From a virus (Duplodnaviria; Caudoviricetes): a DNA stretch of 42,332 nt. The stretch spans positions 1 through 42,332 of the IMG/VR virus record IMGVR_UViG_3300012667_000485; one strand, written 5' to 3'. Below are positions 1-8,191 of the stretch, piece after piece. A program made the position numbers and the translations under genes. The notes under the pieces are model-generated. The model saw nothing but the letters and a program-made list of their open reading frames with translations. It did no database searches and was not told where the DNA came from. Each line of letters opens with the position of its first letter. The first letter of the stretch is position 1.

Positions 1-2
1 AT

Positions 3-347
3 ATAACACTAAGGGTAACACATGCACTCCGTACTATAGCCGAACAAAACGCCTTATATGCGCAAGGGAGGACTACAGCAGGTAAGATAGTTACAAATGC
101 TAAAGGCGGTCAATCGTTTCATAATGTAGGCACTGCCATTGACGTAGTAGAAATGATTAACGGCAAACCGAATTGGAACTTCGATTACAGCAAATTAAAG
201 CCCATTGCAGACCGTTTCGGCATCGAGTGGGGCGGTACATGGAAATTTGTTGATAAGCCCCATTTTCAAATAACATTTGGCTATAAGATAGCACAAATAG
301 CAGCATTACCAAAGGATAGTAAAGGATACCCGATAATAACAAAATAG
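3..347 (+). CDS. M15-family peptidase endolysin (L-Ala-D-Glu peptidase/CwlK-like), 5'-truncated
   Basis: Frame is open from the window start: ITLRVTHALRTIAEQNALYAQGRT...GGQSFHNVGTAIDVV...WGGTWKFVDKPHFQ. Contains the SxHxxxxAxD and D-x-x-H zinc motifs. Confidence 0.9.
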   Translation: MTLRVTHALRTIAEQNALYAQGRTTAGKIVTNAKGGQSFHNVGTAIDVVEMINGKPNWNFDYSKLKPIADRFGIEWGGTWKFVDKPHFQITFGYKIAQIAALPKDSKGYPIITK

Positions 348-374
348 CCCACATTATGTGGGCTATTGCTTTTG
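343..374. terminator. Bidirectional intrinsic terminator between convergent genes
   Basis: Inverted repeat AATAGCCCACAT-T-ATGTGGGCTATT flanked by A and T tracts. Confidence 0.8.
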
Positions 375-390
375 TGTAGATTGTAACAGC

Positions 391-681
391 TTACTGATAC
401 ATTACATTCATTTCAAGCGCAAATGCTAAATCATGTTCAATTTTTGCGCCTCTACTGTCTTTCCAATTACGCAACATAAATATAGCATCGCAATTTAACA
501 ACATCTTTATATCTGCTTTCATGTAGTCACTCCATTGCCAATCTTCATTAAATGGAACGTGTAGCATTGGGTCGCATGGCGTGTGACCTTGTGACTGCAA
601 GTGTTTTGCAGCCTCTACAAAATAGTGTCTTGCCTCTTCTATTGGTAAGCCTGTAATCTTACCTGAAATATATACATTCAT
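391..681 (-). CDS. DUF4406 family protein (nucleoside 2-deoxyribosyltransferase-like fold)
   Basis: VYISGKITG...YMKADIKMLLNCDAIFMLRNWKDSRGAKIEHDLA pattern. Confidence 0.85.
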   Translation of the reverse strand: MNVYISGKITGLPIEEARHYFVEAAKHLQSQGHTPCDPMLHVPFNEDWQWSDYMKADIKMLLNCDAIFMLRNWKDSRGAKIEHDLAFALEMNVMYQ

Positions 682-711
682 TCCCTTTACTCGGTTACGC
701 TCCGATAACGT

Positions 712-1173
712 TTAGTTTATACTGTTATTAATTTCCCTTTGTATGCACCATATTGCTTTTTGCAAATCTTGTACTTTGTTACCTTTACGTTCAGCACGTA
801 GTAAATATTTCAATGCACTACCCATTGCGAAATTTAGGTTAAAAGCTTCAATAATATCTATTACTTCAAATCCTTCTACATTGTAGTGTTTTGGGTGGTT
901 TACCATGTCTGGTTGGGCTATTGGGTCACTTTCCTTTGCCGCCTCAATGTTCATGATAAAGTCCGAGTAGTGGATTTCGGTATGCCCTAAAGTTTTCCAG
1001 CAGTTCGTGTAATATTTTTCTCCATCATGCCCAGTGTGTCTAAAGTAAATATCGTATTCATTATAATTAATTCTCTCTACTTTCAACCCGCACCCCCTTG
1101 CCAGTTCCGCTAGGTGTTCTAATTGTTCCGCAGTGTCGAATTTAACCGCTTTGCCCTCAAATGGATTATTCAT
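712..1173 (-). CDS. DUF3310 domain protein with extra N-terminal domain
   Basis: C-terminal DMVNHPKHY...EVIDII...NFAMGSALKYLLRA..KG...QDLQKAIWCI. Confidence 0.85.
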   Translation of the reverse strand: MNNPFEGKAVKFDTAEQLEHLAELARGCGLKVERINYNEYDIYFRHTGHDGEKYYTNCWKTLGHTEIHYSDFIMNIEAAKESDPIAQPDMVNHPKHYNVEGFEVIDIIEAFNLNFAMGSALKYLLRAERKGNKVQDLQKAIWCIQREINNSIN

Positions 1174-1312
1174 TGTTTTTGGTTTCTATAATTGTTAAAA
1201 ATTCTGTTGCATTTAATGCGTACATATCCCCCATAATCACATCTTCCAATTCGGGGTGCATAGATAGCACTTTGTCAATAATAGCTATTACTTGTTCTCG
1301 TGTGTATTCCAT
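1166..1312 (-). CDS. Small hypothetical protein (48 aa)
   Basis: MEYTREQVIAIIDKVLSMHPELEDVIMGDMYALNATEFLTIIETKNNE; fills the gap with overlapping start/stop codons. Confidence 0.6.
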   Translation of the reverse strand: MEYTREQVIAIIDKVLSMHPELEDVIMGDMYALNATEFLTIIETKNNE

Positions 1313-1935
1313 TATAGTGTATAATTTTCGGGTAGTAAATGCTTTACACTTTCAAAGGTAATGTTGGGGTCGTTGGATAGTTCTATTGTCTTCCAAAATT
1401 CATGACCCTCATTAGCTCCTAGCCAAATAAAAGACCTTCTTAATGCTTGTGATACGCCTAATACCTTGCTTTTTTTATTGTGCCAGTGCATATTGCCCAA
1501 AGCCAACCTTTTTATTATCGGGTCGGTAATTTGATTTAACCACCATTCAACGGTATTTACTTCCAATTCAAACACCTTTTGCAGATTAGGTGGCTCGTAG
1601 GTATCAGGCTTAATTATCTTGCCATCTTCACGCTTCAATACCTTACCATCGGGCATTACCTTAATCATATTAGAACGATGCACCTCATTAAATGCAGCCT
1701 GTAATTTATCGCCCAATCCGTAAGCGTGTGCCGTACCTAATAGCACATATAGTATGTCTGTAATTGCGTCTAATGCGTCAATGTGGGTTTCTGCATACTG
1801 TAGTTCCATAACCTCTTCTATCAGTATGCTATGCCTTAGCTGCCTAGTAGCTTCATCGGGAATAGTAGGGACTACATTAACTTCCTGACCGCTTGCAGTC
1901 ATAAATTCTTTTACCTTGTTTAGTTCGTTTTGCAT
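1312..1935 (-). CDS. MazG-like / PRA-PH-type all-alpha NTP pyrophosphohydrolase with C-terminal extra domain
   Basis: VKEFM...LRHSILIEEVMEL...LDAITDILYVLLG...AFNEVHRSNMIK...REDGKIIKP. Confidence 0.85.
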   Translation of the reverse strand: MQNELNKVKEFMTASGQEVNVVPTIPDEATRQLRHSILIEEVMELQYAETHIDALDAITDILYVLLGTAHAYGLGDKLQAAFNEVHRSNMIKVMPDGKVLKREDGKIIKPDTYEPPNLQKVFELEVNTVEWWLNQITDPIIKRLALGNMHWHNKKSKVLGVSQALRRSFIWLGANEGHEFWKTIELSNDPNITFESVKHLLPENYTL

Positions 1936-1940
1936 ATTGT

Positions 1941-2057
1941 TTATTTTTTAAGGTTTTTAATATCTTTCTGTATATCAATGAGTAAATTAATACACATTAT
2001 CAGCATAATAACATCTATCAGTAGTAGCGCAGCTATCGTTTGTGGCAGTAGGTGCAT
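1941..2057 (-). CDS. Small membrane protein (38 aa)
   Basis: MHLLPQTIAALLLIDVIMLIMCINLLIDIQKDIKNLKK; one hydrophobic helix; internal ATG chosen to avoid a long overlap. Confidence 0.5.
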   Translation of the reverse strand: MHLLPQTIAALLLIDVIMLIMCINLLIDIQKDIKNLKK

Positions 2058-2476
2058 TGCTTTGCGTTTAGTTTGGTTAGATATTCGGTGTATTCGGCTT
2101 CGGTGGCTGGTATCGTACTCCCTGCATATTCGGATAATCTGTGCCAAATATTAGACTTTGTATTTTTTGCGTATATTCCATCAAATCGCAATTCATATTC
2201 AATTTGTCCTACTAACTCCGTTAAGCTGCTTTTAATGTACTTCGGCAACTCATCAATTGGTACATGCTCCCACCACTTTAAAGGGCGGAATAAGTGAGGG
2301 AATTTCGGGCAAAAATCAACCCAATTCAATGGGTAATCTTTATCCTCTTCACGACCCCAATACGGTACATTCTCATTGATTGGGTGTACCATTGGTATCA
2401 GTATGTCCATTGCCATTAAGTGCGTAAAATGCGGCATCGGTGCTACTACCTCGTAGCGTTGTGTGTTATTGCTCAT
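2033..2476 (-). CDS. Hypothetical phage protein
   Basis: 147-aa ORF in tightly packed leftward operon. Confidence 0.7.
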   Translation of the reverse strand: MSNNTQRYEVVAPMPHFTHLMAMDILIPMVHPINENVPYWGREEDKDYPLNWVDFCPKFPHLFRPLKWWEHVPIDELPKYIKSSLTELVGQIEYELRFDGIYAKNTKSNIWHRLSEYAGSTIPATEAEYTEYLTKLNAKQCTYCHKR

Positions 2477-2795
2477 TGTATATGATTTTTTTGATTGTGC
2501 GTAATTGCTCTAGCGTTAGTTTCCCTCCGTTGTGCCTCCTAAAATAATCGCTAACATCGCTAAGTAAATCATAATGCTCGTGCATGTCTAATATTTCCTG
2601 TTCACTTCTGAATAACTGTATATTGTGCATACTGTTTAAGTCGCTTTCATATCTCAATGTGTCATGTGCGTATTTGTTTCTACAAACATCAACATAGAAG
2701 TATTTAGTACCTGACTTTACAACCTTAGCGGTGTATGTTTCGCCACGTTTTTTTACACCGTACAATACCGTACCTACTGTTATTTTATTGCTCAT
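2466..2795 (-). CDS. Hypothetical protein (small beta-barrel-like)
   Basis: 109-aa ORF, ITVGTVLYGV...AKVVKSGTKYFYV. Confidence 0.7.
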   Translation of the reverse strand: MSNKITVGTVLYGVKKRGETYTAKVVKSGTKYFYVDVCRNKYAHDTLRYESDLNSMHNIQLFRSEQEILDMHEHYDLLSDVSDYFRRHNGGKLTLEQLRTIKKIIYNEQ

Positions 2796-2997
2796 TCCAA
2801 TTATTTATAAGTGTTTCCAAATGTGCTATACTTGCGGCACTTTCACGCTGTATTAGGCTTATCATTTCCCTGCCTAATTCGGGTTCGCATTTCGTAGCAG
2901 TGCCGTTACATATTTTATGTATCTCAATTTCTTTAACCTTTGCGTTAAGGTTTTCGGCTATTACTACAGCCTTAAAGTATTTGTTTATTCTGTACAT
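2785..2997 (-). CDS. Hypothetical protein
   Basis: 70-aa ORF overlapping its neighbours in the operon. Confidence 0.6.
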   Translation of the reverse strand: MYRINKYFKAVVIAENLNAKVKEIEIHKICNGTATKCEPELGREMISLIQRESAASIAHLETLINNWNEQ

Positions 2998-3188
2998 AGT
3001 TGCTGTTTTTGTATTTTATTCGCTAAATTTTCCCATGCCTGCTCAGGTGTGTTAAGCCTTATAGTTAAATCGTCGCCACCTTTTTTGTTTTTGATATAAT
3101 ACCTAAAAGCGTGTGTTCCAGATACGTTGTAATCCCATTCGCAATATGACATTGGGTAAACTGATAGTACTTTTTCTTTCGCTGTCAT
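2985..3188 (-). CDS. Hypothetical protein, paralog of the N-terminus of 19201..19527
   Basis: KEKVLSVYPMSYC...TPEQAWENLA. Confidence 0.7.
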   Translation of the reverse strand: MTAKEKVLSVYPMSYCEWDYNVSGTHAFRYYIKNKKGGDDLTIRLNTPEQAWENLANKIQKQQLCTE

Positions 3189-3189
3189 G

Positions 3190-3432
3190 TTATCCGTTTA
3201 AGTCGATTTGTGAAATGTGGTGAATGGGTAAATCTAAAATCGGAAGTGGGCAAGATATTTTTCTATGAATACCATGTCTTATTTTTATAAGCGTATCTTC
3301 TACAGATATGCCATATTTTAATTGTACATGAATTTCTGGGGCATCAATCAACGGATACACCTCTCTTAATTTCTCATTTGTGCCACAATCTATGTAGCAG
3401 TCGGTACGGATAATCTCGGATAGTTTAATCAT
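3190..3432 (-). CDS. Hypothetical protein
   Basis: Start at MIKLSEII overlaps the stop of the upstream gene. Confidence 0.6.
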   Translation of the reverse strand: MIKLSEIIRTDCYIDCGTNEKLREVYPLIDAPEIHVQLKYGISVEDTLIKIRHGIHRKISCPLPILDLPIHHISQIDLNG

Positions 3433-3661
3433 TTTGGTATGTTTTGGTGAAGTAATCTTGTTCATTTAAAAAATCAGCTACACCGCCAAATTCGCAACTA
3501 CCACAATCATCATCACCTTGCCTATAAGCCGCCTCGATTGTTTCACGCTCGTATGGTAAAAGGTCGGTTAGTATCTTAATTTCAAATGCCTCGCTACTAC
3601 CTGTATCGTCTTGTAATTTCTGTAATTGCTCAATCGCTTTTTGTATTGCCGTCTGTGCCAT
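3425..3661 (-). CDS. Hypothetical phage protein
   Basis: MAQTAIQKAIEQL...ERETIEAAYRQG...QDYFTKTY; typical small phage ORF. Confidence 0.7.
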   Translation of the reverse strand: MAQTAIQKAIEQLQKLQDDTGSSEAFEIKILTDLLPYERETIEAAYRQGDDDCGSCEFGGVADFLNEQDYFTKTYQND

Positions 3662-3664
3662 GTG

Positions 3665-4135
3665 TTATTTGTTTAGGTATGTTTTAAGTTTTTTTAATTC
3701 GTCTTCATAATTGCTGTTAATGGTTCTTGCTGCAATTAATTTTAACTCCAAATTTTCTACGCTGTTTTTTGATTTTTCAATCAGTTGCTCAATATCAATC
3801 ATGTAGTATTGGACAAAAAAAGCTTTACCCACATCATTCATTATTGGGAACAAATAAAAGGGGTTGCAGTAATTGTTGTATGGGTTTTGCAACCTCATAC
3901 CGTATTCGATACTATTAAGATACTCTACACCTTTAACTACACCACCACACACAATAAGTTTTAAATCGTTGTTTAATAACTTAGTCCAACCAGTATCAGA
4001 CCCTAAATGTTTGTAAGACCTTGTTAGTTCTACTGTTAAAAACGACAAAAACAAATCCATTCTTATTGGGTTTTTGTTCCAGTTTATTTTAACCTTGTCA
4101 GAACTAAGGTTTGCGTAAAAATCGTTGTTTGCCAT
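3665..4135 (-). CDS. Hypothetical protein
   Basis: 156-aa first gene of the leftward operon, C-terminal coiled coil. Confidence 0.7.
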   Translation of the reverse strand: MANNDFYANLSSDKVKINWNKNPIRMDLFLSFLTVELTRSYKHLGSDTGWTKLLNNDLKLIVCGGVVKGVEYLNSIEYGMRLQNPYNNYCNPFYLFPIMNDVGKAFFVQYYMIDIEQLIEKSKNSVENLELKLIAARTINSNYEDELKKLKTYLNK

Positions 4136-4151
4136 GTGTTATAATTTTCCA

Positions 4152-4235
4152 CAAAGTTACACCAATTCCCCGAATTTCCAAATAAAAATATTTTTTTACA
4201 AAAGTTTGTTGGTATCATTTAATGTTGTACATTTG
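4152..4235. promoter_or_regulatory. Divergent Bacteroidota-type promoters
   Basis: TAACTTTG on - strand (4159..4152) with ATTTGG about 19 bp upstream; TACATTTG on + strand (4228..4235). Confidence 0.7.
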
Positions 4236-4263
4236 CTAATCAAAACAATAAAAACATAAACAC

Positions 4264-4584
4264 ATGACACAGAATTTTAGCAGTATCAAAGAAATAACAA
4301 AAAAGATAGAGCATACATCTGACTACATTGAAAAAAGTAGGGCTAAATTAAATATGCTTTATAAGGCACTTGAAGGAAATTATTATTCTTCTGAATGTAA
4401 ATTTAAATTTTACCCAAAAGGCAAAAGTGATGCTATAGAGTTTACATTGTCGCACGTAAACAATGAAGAGTTTGCTAGATTTCATTTACAATCAGAAATA
4501 AACCTCACAATAGGTTACATAAATAAAAAAGAAACCGAATTATCTAACCTATGCGAGTTATTACAAAAAACAATAAATAAATAA
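4264..4584 (+). CDS. Hypothetical protein
   Basis: 106-aa first gene of the rightward operon. Confidence 0.7.
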   Translation: MTQNFSSIKEITKKIEHTSDYIEKSRAKLNMLYKALEGNYYSSECKFKFYPKGKSDAIEFTLSHVNNEEFARFHLQSEINLTIGYINKKETELSNLCELLQKTINK

Positions 4585-4587
4585 AAC

Positions 4588-4764
4588 ATGCCACAAACAT
4601 TCGAGCAGATGCAGTTCACACACGAAGTCAATCAGGGTCAAGACTTCGACAGCACGGACCATAGCAAGGTAGATAAGTACAAGCCATATAATTACGATTG
4701 TGGCAGCTACGAACATAAGTATTCGCACCTTGCACCCGAAACACATGATGAAGCAGATAATTAA
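4588..4764 (+). CDS. Small acidic hypothetical protein (58 aa)
   Basis: MPQTFEQMQFTHEVNQGQDFDSTDHSKVDKYKPYNYDCGSYEHKYSHLAPETHDEADN, A-rich leader. Confidence 0.55.
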   Translation: MPQTFEQMQFTHEVNQGQDFDSTDHSKVDKYKPYNYDCGSYEHKYSHLAPETHDEADN

Positions 4765-4790
4765 TTTTTAACCGATAAAAACAACACAAA

Positions 4791-5015
4791 ATGAGCGCAT
4801 TTACCAATTTAATTACGTTCGCCTCAAAACTAGACGGCAAACTACTTACAGAGTATCAGCAATTAATTAACGCCTACATGGATGAAAAGTACAATCTACA
4901 AAATGAACGTATCGCCACATCTCAGGCTACTACAGGCACATTTGAAATAGTCGCCATCGCAGGTACAGCCGAAACGCTATTAACTAACCCAATTCAAACT
5001 ATTGAAGGATGCTAG
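4791..5015 (+). CDS. Hypothetical protein
   Basis: 74-aa ORF with A-rich leader. Confidence 0.65.
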   Translation: MSAFTNLITFASKLDGKLLTEYQQLINAYMDEKYNLQNERIATSQATTGTFEIVAIAGTAETLLTNPIQTIEGC

Positions 5016-5164
5016 ACCCAACCAACCCAACACACGCATTTAGCGCAGTAATAATCGGCGCAATAACGGTAGTGCTTGTACTTGCATGGATGGTATATGA
5101 TAGTGTAGTCGTAACCAAGCGAAAGAAACAACACAATATTTTTGACGAAAAAGATATATACTAA
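5009..5164 (+). CDS. Small membrane protein (51 aa)
   Basis: MLDPTNPTHAFSAVIIGAITVVLVLAWMVYDSVVVTKRKKQ...; TM helix followed by basic residues. Confidence 0.6.
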   Translation: MLDPTNPTHAFSAVIIGAITVVLVLAWMVYDSVVVTKRKKQHNIFDEKDIY

Positions 5165-5244
5165 TGCAACTAATAGAACTAACAGCCCTCACAGCAGGGA
5201 TAATATACGCAATTTTTAACCTAATAAAATACAGGAAATTATGA
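5164..5244 (+). CDS. Small membrane peptide (26 aa)
   Basis: MQLIELTALTAGIIYAIFNLIKYRKL; coupled by TAATG and ATGA overlaps. Confidence 0.5.
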   Translation: MQLIELTALTAGIIYAIFNLIKYRKL

Positions 5245-5399
5245 CACGTAAATGTAAACACGACCTACTCGTACAACTCCGACACAACCAGCACATCTTA
5301 GCTAGTAGGCGAAAACCAAAAGTGCGATATTCTCAGATATTCTCTAACTTTTTAAACATACTCAAATGCACATTTTCAAAGCAATCGAACAAAAATTAA
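5241..5399 (+). CDS. Small basic hypothetical protein (52 aa)
   Basis: ATGA-coupled ORF MTRKCKHDLLVQLRHNQHILASRRKPK... Confidence 0.4.
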   Translation: MTRKCKHDLLVQLRHNQHILASRRKPKVRYSQIFSNFLNILKCTFSKQSNKN

Positions 5400-5737
5400 C
5401 CATCGTTACCACATCAATCGAGCAGCGCAATTTCTTAACGGCTGTATTGGATTACATGCAAGCTGAACCATCATTACCGTTTAAAACTAGCAATGGAGTT
5501 AAGTGTTATTGGATATTAGCCAATAAATATCATTTTGTTTTTTTAGAAGGCAATATGTACATAACATTTAGCAGCCTTGAACTTACATTTAACATCAAGC
5601 AACTATCCGCAATATTGGGCAAACATAGCAGCACCGTACACCAGCTATTAAAACGCCCCGAAAACTGGAGTAGCCACAACATAGCTAGTAAAAATAAATG
5701 TGGAAAAGAGATACAGGTTACTTTGAAATTCAAATAG
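5366..5737 (+). CDS. Hypothetical protein with possible C-terminal HTH
   Basis: FNIKQLSAILGKHSSTVHQLL resembles a helix-turn-helix. Confidence 0.6.
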   Translation: MHIFKAIEQKLTIVTTSIEQRNFLTAVLDYMQAEPSLPFKTSNGVKCYWILANKYHFVFLEGNMYITFSSLELTFNIKQLSAILGKHSSTVHQLLKRPENWSSHNIASKNKCGKEIQVTLKFK

Positions 5738-5780
5738 CATTTTGTACATTTGCTTATTATCAACTAAACACACAAACACA

Positions 5781-6503
5781 ATGAATACAGAACTAGAAGT
5801 AAAAAAGTGGACACCCCCAACCATTGCAGAACTTACAGATAACTTAGAGGGTGCAGCCAAAGACGATGTGTTAAACATTGCACTTAATCAAAACCCACCG
5901 CAATCATGGGTTAAAAAGCACCCATTTATAAATATCAAATTGCCTGACGAAAACGGTAATTTGGTAAGCACCCCATATCAATACATACCAGTTGACAAAC
6001 AAAGACTAATTGGTAAGCGTTTATTTGGTGTTGTACAGGTTGAAATTAAAAGTACAGTGCAAATGTTTAACTCCGTATGCGTAACGGTTAGATTGCACTA
6101 TAAGCACCCAATTACAGGCGAAATGTTATTTATGGATGGTGTAGGTGCTGTAGGTGTTCAAACAGATGCAGGGGCTACCGCTAGCGACATGAGTAAGATA
6201 AAACTTGACGGGGTAATGAAGGCAGCACCAGCCGCAGCCGCATACGCTGAAAAAAACGCCTACGATAAATTGGGTAGGTTGTTTGGCGGTGAAATACAAA
6301 AAGATGCTATACAGTTCAATGAGAATGTAGCTGCATTTGCCAAGTCGTTTTATGATGTTCCCGACATTGAAGACCTTAAAGAACTGTTTGAAATGAAGCG
6401 TGATGCTATGACAGCAGACCATATCAAAAGTGCTGAACGCATAATCAACAACAAAGAAACCAAGTCTTACAACAAATTGTTTAACGAACTAAAAGCACTA
6501 TAA
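5781..6503 (+). CDS. Single-strand annealing recombinase (Rad52/Sak-like)
   Basis: WVKKHP...YIPV..RLFG..VEIK...VCVTVRL...DGVGA...AAAYAEKNAYDKLGRLFG; near an exonuclease gene; promoter TACATTTG at 5745. Confidence 0.7.
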   Translation: MNTELEVKKWTPPTIAELTDNLEGAAKDDVLNIALNQNPPQSWVKKHPFINIKLPDENGNLVSTPYQYIPVDKQRLIGKRLFGVVQVEIKSTVQMFNSVCVTVRLHYKHPITGEMLFMDGVGAVGVQTDAGATASDMSKIKLDGVMKAAPAAAAYAEKNAYDKLGRLFGGEIQKDAIQFNENVAAFAKSFYDVPDIEDLKELFEMKRDAMTADHIKSAERIINNKETKSYNKLFNELKAL

Positions 6504-6519
6504 TTTAAAGTAAATGTTG

Positions 6520-6622
6520 TATATTTGCAATATAGTTGCTGCCACAACTAACATACAACATTTATTACCCTTGCGGGGTTGATAGCTGGCAGGCTTGATA
6601 CTCCACAAGGGTATTTTATTTT
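6520..6622 (+). promoter_or_regulatory. Promoter plus structured two-hairpin leader (kissing-loop attenuator candidate)
   Basis: TATATTTG 6520-6527; hairpin TAGTTG-CTGCCA-CAACTA; long hairpin TACCCTTG...CAAGGGTA with loop TGGCAG; U-tract before ATG. Confidence 0.65.
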
Positions 6623-7102
6623 ATGAAAACAATACAACTTACAAATGGATTTTGCGCAACGGTCGATGATGATGATTACGAAGTTCTTTCAAAACATAAA
6701 TGGCATTATTTTAAGTGCAGCAATGGCATATATGCAAGAAGAAATTCATCAGGTAAGGGTGGTGCAAAAAGAGCGACGCTATTGATGCATAGGGAGATAC
6801 TAAAAGTATCGGGGACTAATGCTGTATTAGACCACAAAGATAGGAATGGGTTAAATAACCAAAAAAGCAACTTAAGAATTAGTACATATTCTCAAAATAT
6901 GGCTAACAGAAGTTCTTGGGGTAAGTCAAAGTATAAAGGAGTTAGTTTCCACATTAAAGTAAAAAAATGGATAGCTACAATAAATATCAATAAAAAACAA
7001 AAGCATCTTGGTTGTTTTGCAACAGAAATAGAAGCTGCCCAAAAATATAATGAGTACGCAAAAGTTCATCATGGCGAATACGCTAATTTAAACCAAATAT
7101 AA
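6623..7102 (+). CDS. HNH homing endonuclease with AP2 DNA-binding domain
   Basis: MHREIL...LDHKDRNGLNNQKSNLR...SKYKGVS...KKWIATI...HLGCFATEIEAAQKYN. Confidence 0.92.
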   Translation: MKTIQLTNGFCATVDDDDYEVLSKHKWHYFKCSNGIYARRNSSGKGGAKRATLLMHREILKVSGTNAVLDHKDRNGLNNQKSNLRISTYSQNMANRSSWGKSKYKGVSFHIKVKKWIATININKKQKHLGCFATEIEAAQKYNEYAKVHHGEYANLNQI

Positions 7103-7103
7103 A

Positions 7104-7832
7104 ATGAGTATCATAATAAACACACAAAGACTAGGGAATTTCACTAGCAGTAACATTTACAAACTGCTATCTAAAGCCAAAAACGGTAAAGATTTAGGCG
7201 CACCTGCATTGACTTACATAGAAGAGTGCAACATCGCTCGTGAAATTGGAATACACATAGAAAACGAAACAAGCGCACATGCACTTGATTGGGGTAAACA
7301 TTGTGAACAATTCGCCTTTGACCACATTAGCACCGAATATATTATCACATCAGATGTTACCACAGTACACCCACAATATGATTTTTGGGTAGGCAGCGCA
7401 GACGGTTATAAAGAAGATACCGTATTCGACCTTAAATGCCCTATGACACGCAAATCATTTTTCGGACTGGTAGCTGGTGAAAACATTTATAGTATGATAG
7501 ATGGATTTACCCGAAACAACTTTAAATATAAGGCACATACAGACGCGGATAAGTACTATTGGCAGTTAGTATCCAACGCTATTATTTTGGGCAAAAAATA
7601 CGCTGAATTGATAGTTTACATGCCATACCAAAGTGAATTGCTAACAATTAAAGAAGCTGCTAAAGATTTCTACAACTGGATACATTATTCGGCAGATATT
7701 GAACTACCATATTTACCCGATGGTGGTAAGTTTCAGAATATAAATATAATACGTTTTGAAGTACCACAAATCGACATTGACCTATTAACCGAATGTGTAA
7801 CTGAAGCATCTAAACACCTCATTACACCATGA
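7104..7832 (+). CDS. YqaJ/lambda-exonuclease-like recombination nuclease
   Basis: RLGNFTSS...LDWGKHCE...GSADG...DLKCP...YYWQ motifs. Confidence 0.85.
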   Translation: MSIIINTQRLGNFTSSNIYKLLSKAKNGKDLGAPALTYIEECNIAREIGIHIENETSAHALDWGKHCEQFAFDHISTEYIITSDVTTVHPQYDFWVGSADGYKEDTVFDLKCPMTRKSFFGLVAGENIYSMIDGFTRNNFKYKAHTDADKYYWQLVSNAIILGKKYAELIVYMPYQSELLTIKEAAKDFYNWIHYSADIELPYLPDGGKFQNINIIRFEVPQIDIDLLTECVTEASKHLITP

Positions 7833-8191
7833 TAATAACAGCAAAATACATAGAGGAACAATTTTGGTTGGAGCGAAAGTACAAAGGAGTGCTAACCGTT
7901 GAGCGAATAGAACAAGTAATTTGCAGCCATTTTAAAGTGACTATTGAGCAGGTAATGACAGGTAGCAGACGATACAATATAACCGAATGTAGGCACTTAA
8001 TATGGTACTATTTACGCACTACAGGAATGTCATTGCAGCTTATAGCCAAAAGTTACAATAAGAAAGACCACACATCAGTAATACATGCAATAAACAAGGT
8101 TGAAAGGTTACTTGAAAATGATGACGAAATGAAATACAACGTATCAGCAATTAATACACAGCTAAACTTAATGAACAATGCAAAGGCGTAA
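7829..8191 (+). CDS. DnaA C-terminal (domain IV) HTH protein
   Basis: IEQVICSHFKVTIEQVMTGSRRYNITECRHLIWY...SLQLIAKSYNKKDHTSVIHAINKV matches the Bac_DnaA_C signature. Confidence 0.85.
   Translation: MIITAKYIEEQFWLERKYKGVLTVERIEQVICSHFKVTIEQVMTGSRRYNITECRHLIWYYLRTTGMSLQLIAKSYNKKDHTSVIHAINKVERLLENDDEMKYNVSAINTQLNLMNNAKA

Noticed and set aside
391-1935. Z-genome (2-aminoadenine) pathway suggested by the MazG-like gene
   Set aside because: No PurZ, DatZ-like HD hydrolase or DNA polymerase is in the window.
4145-4153. DnaA box TTTTCCACA at the divergent promoter
   Set aside because: A single degenerate 9-mer is expected by chance in AT-rich DNA of this length; no cluster was seen.
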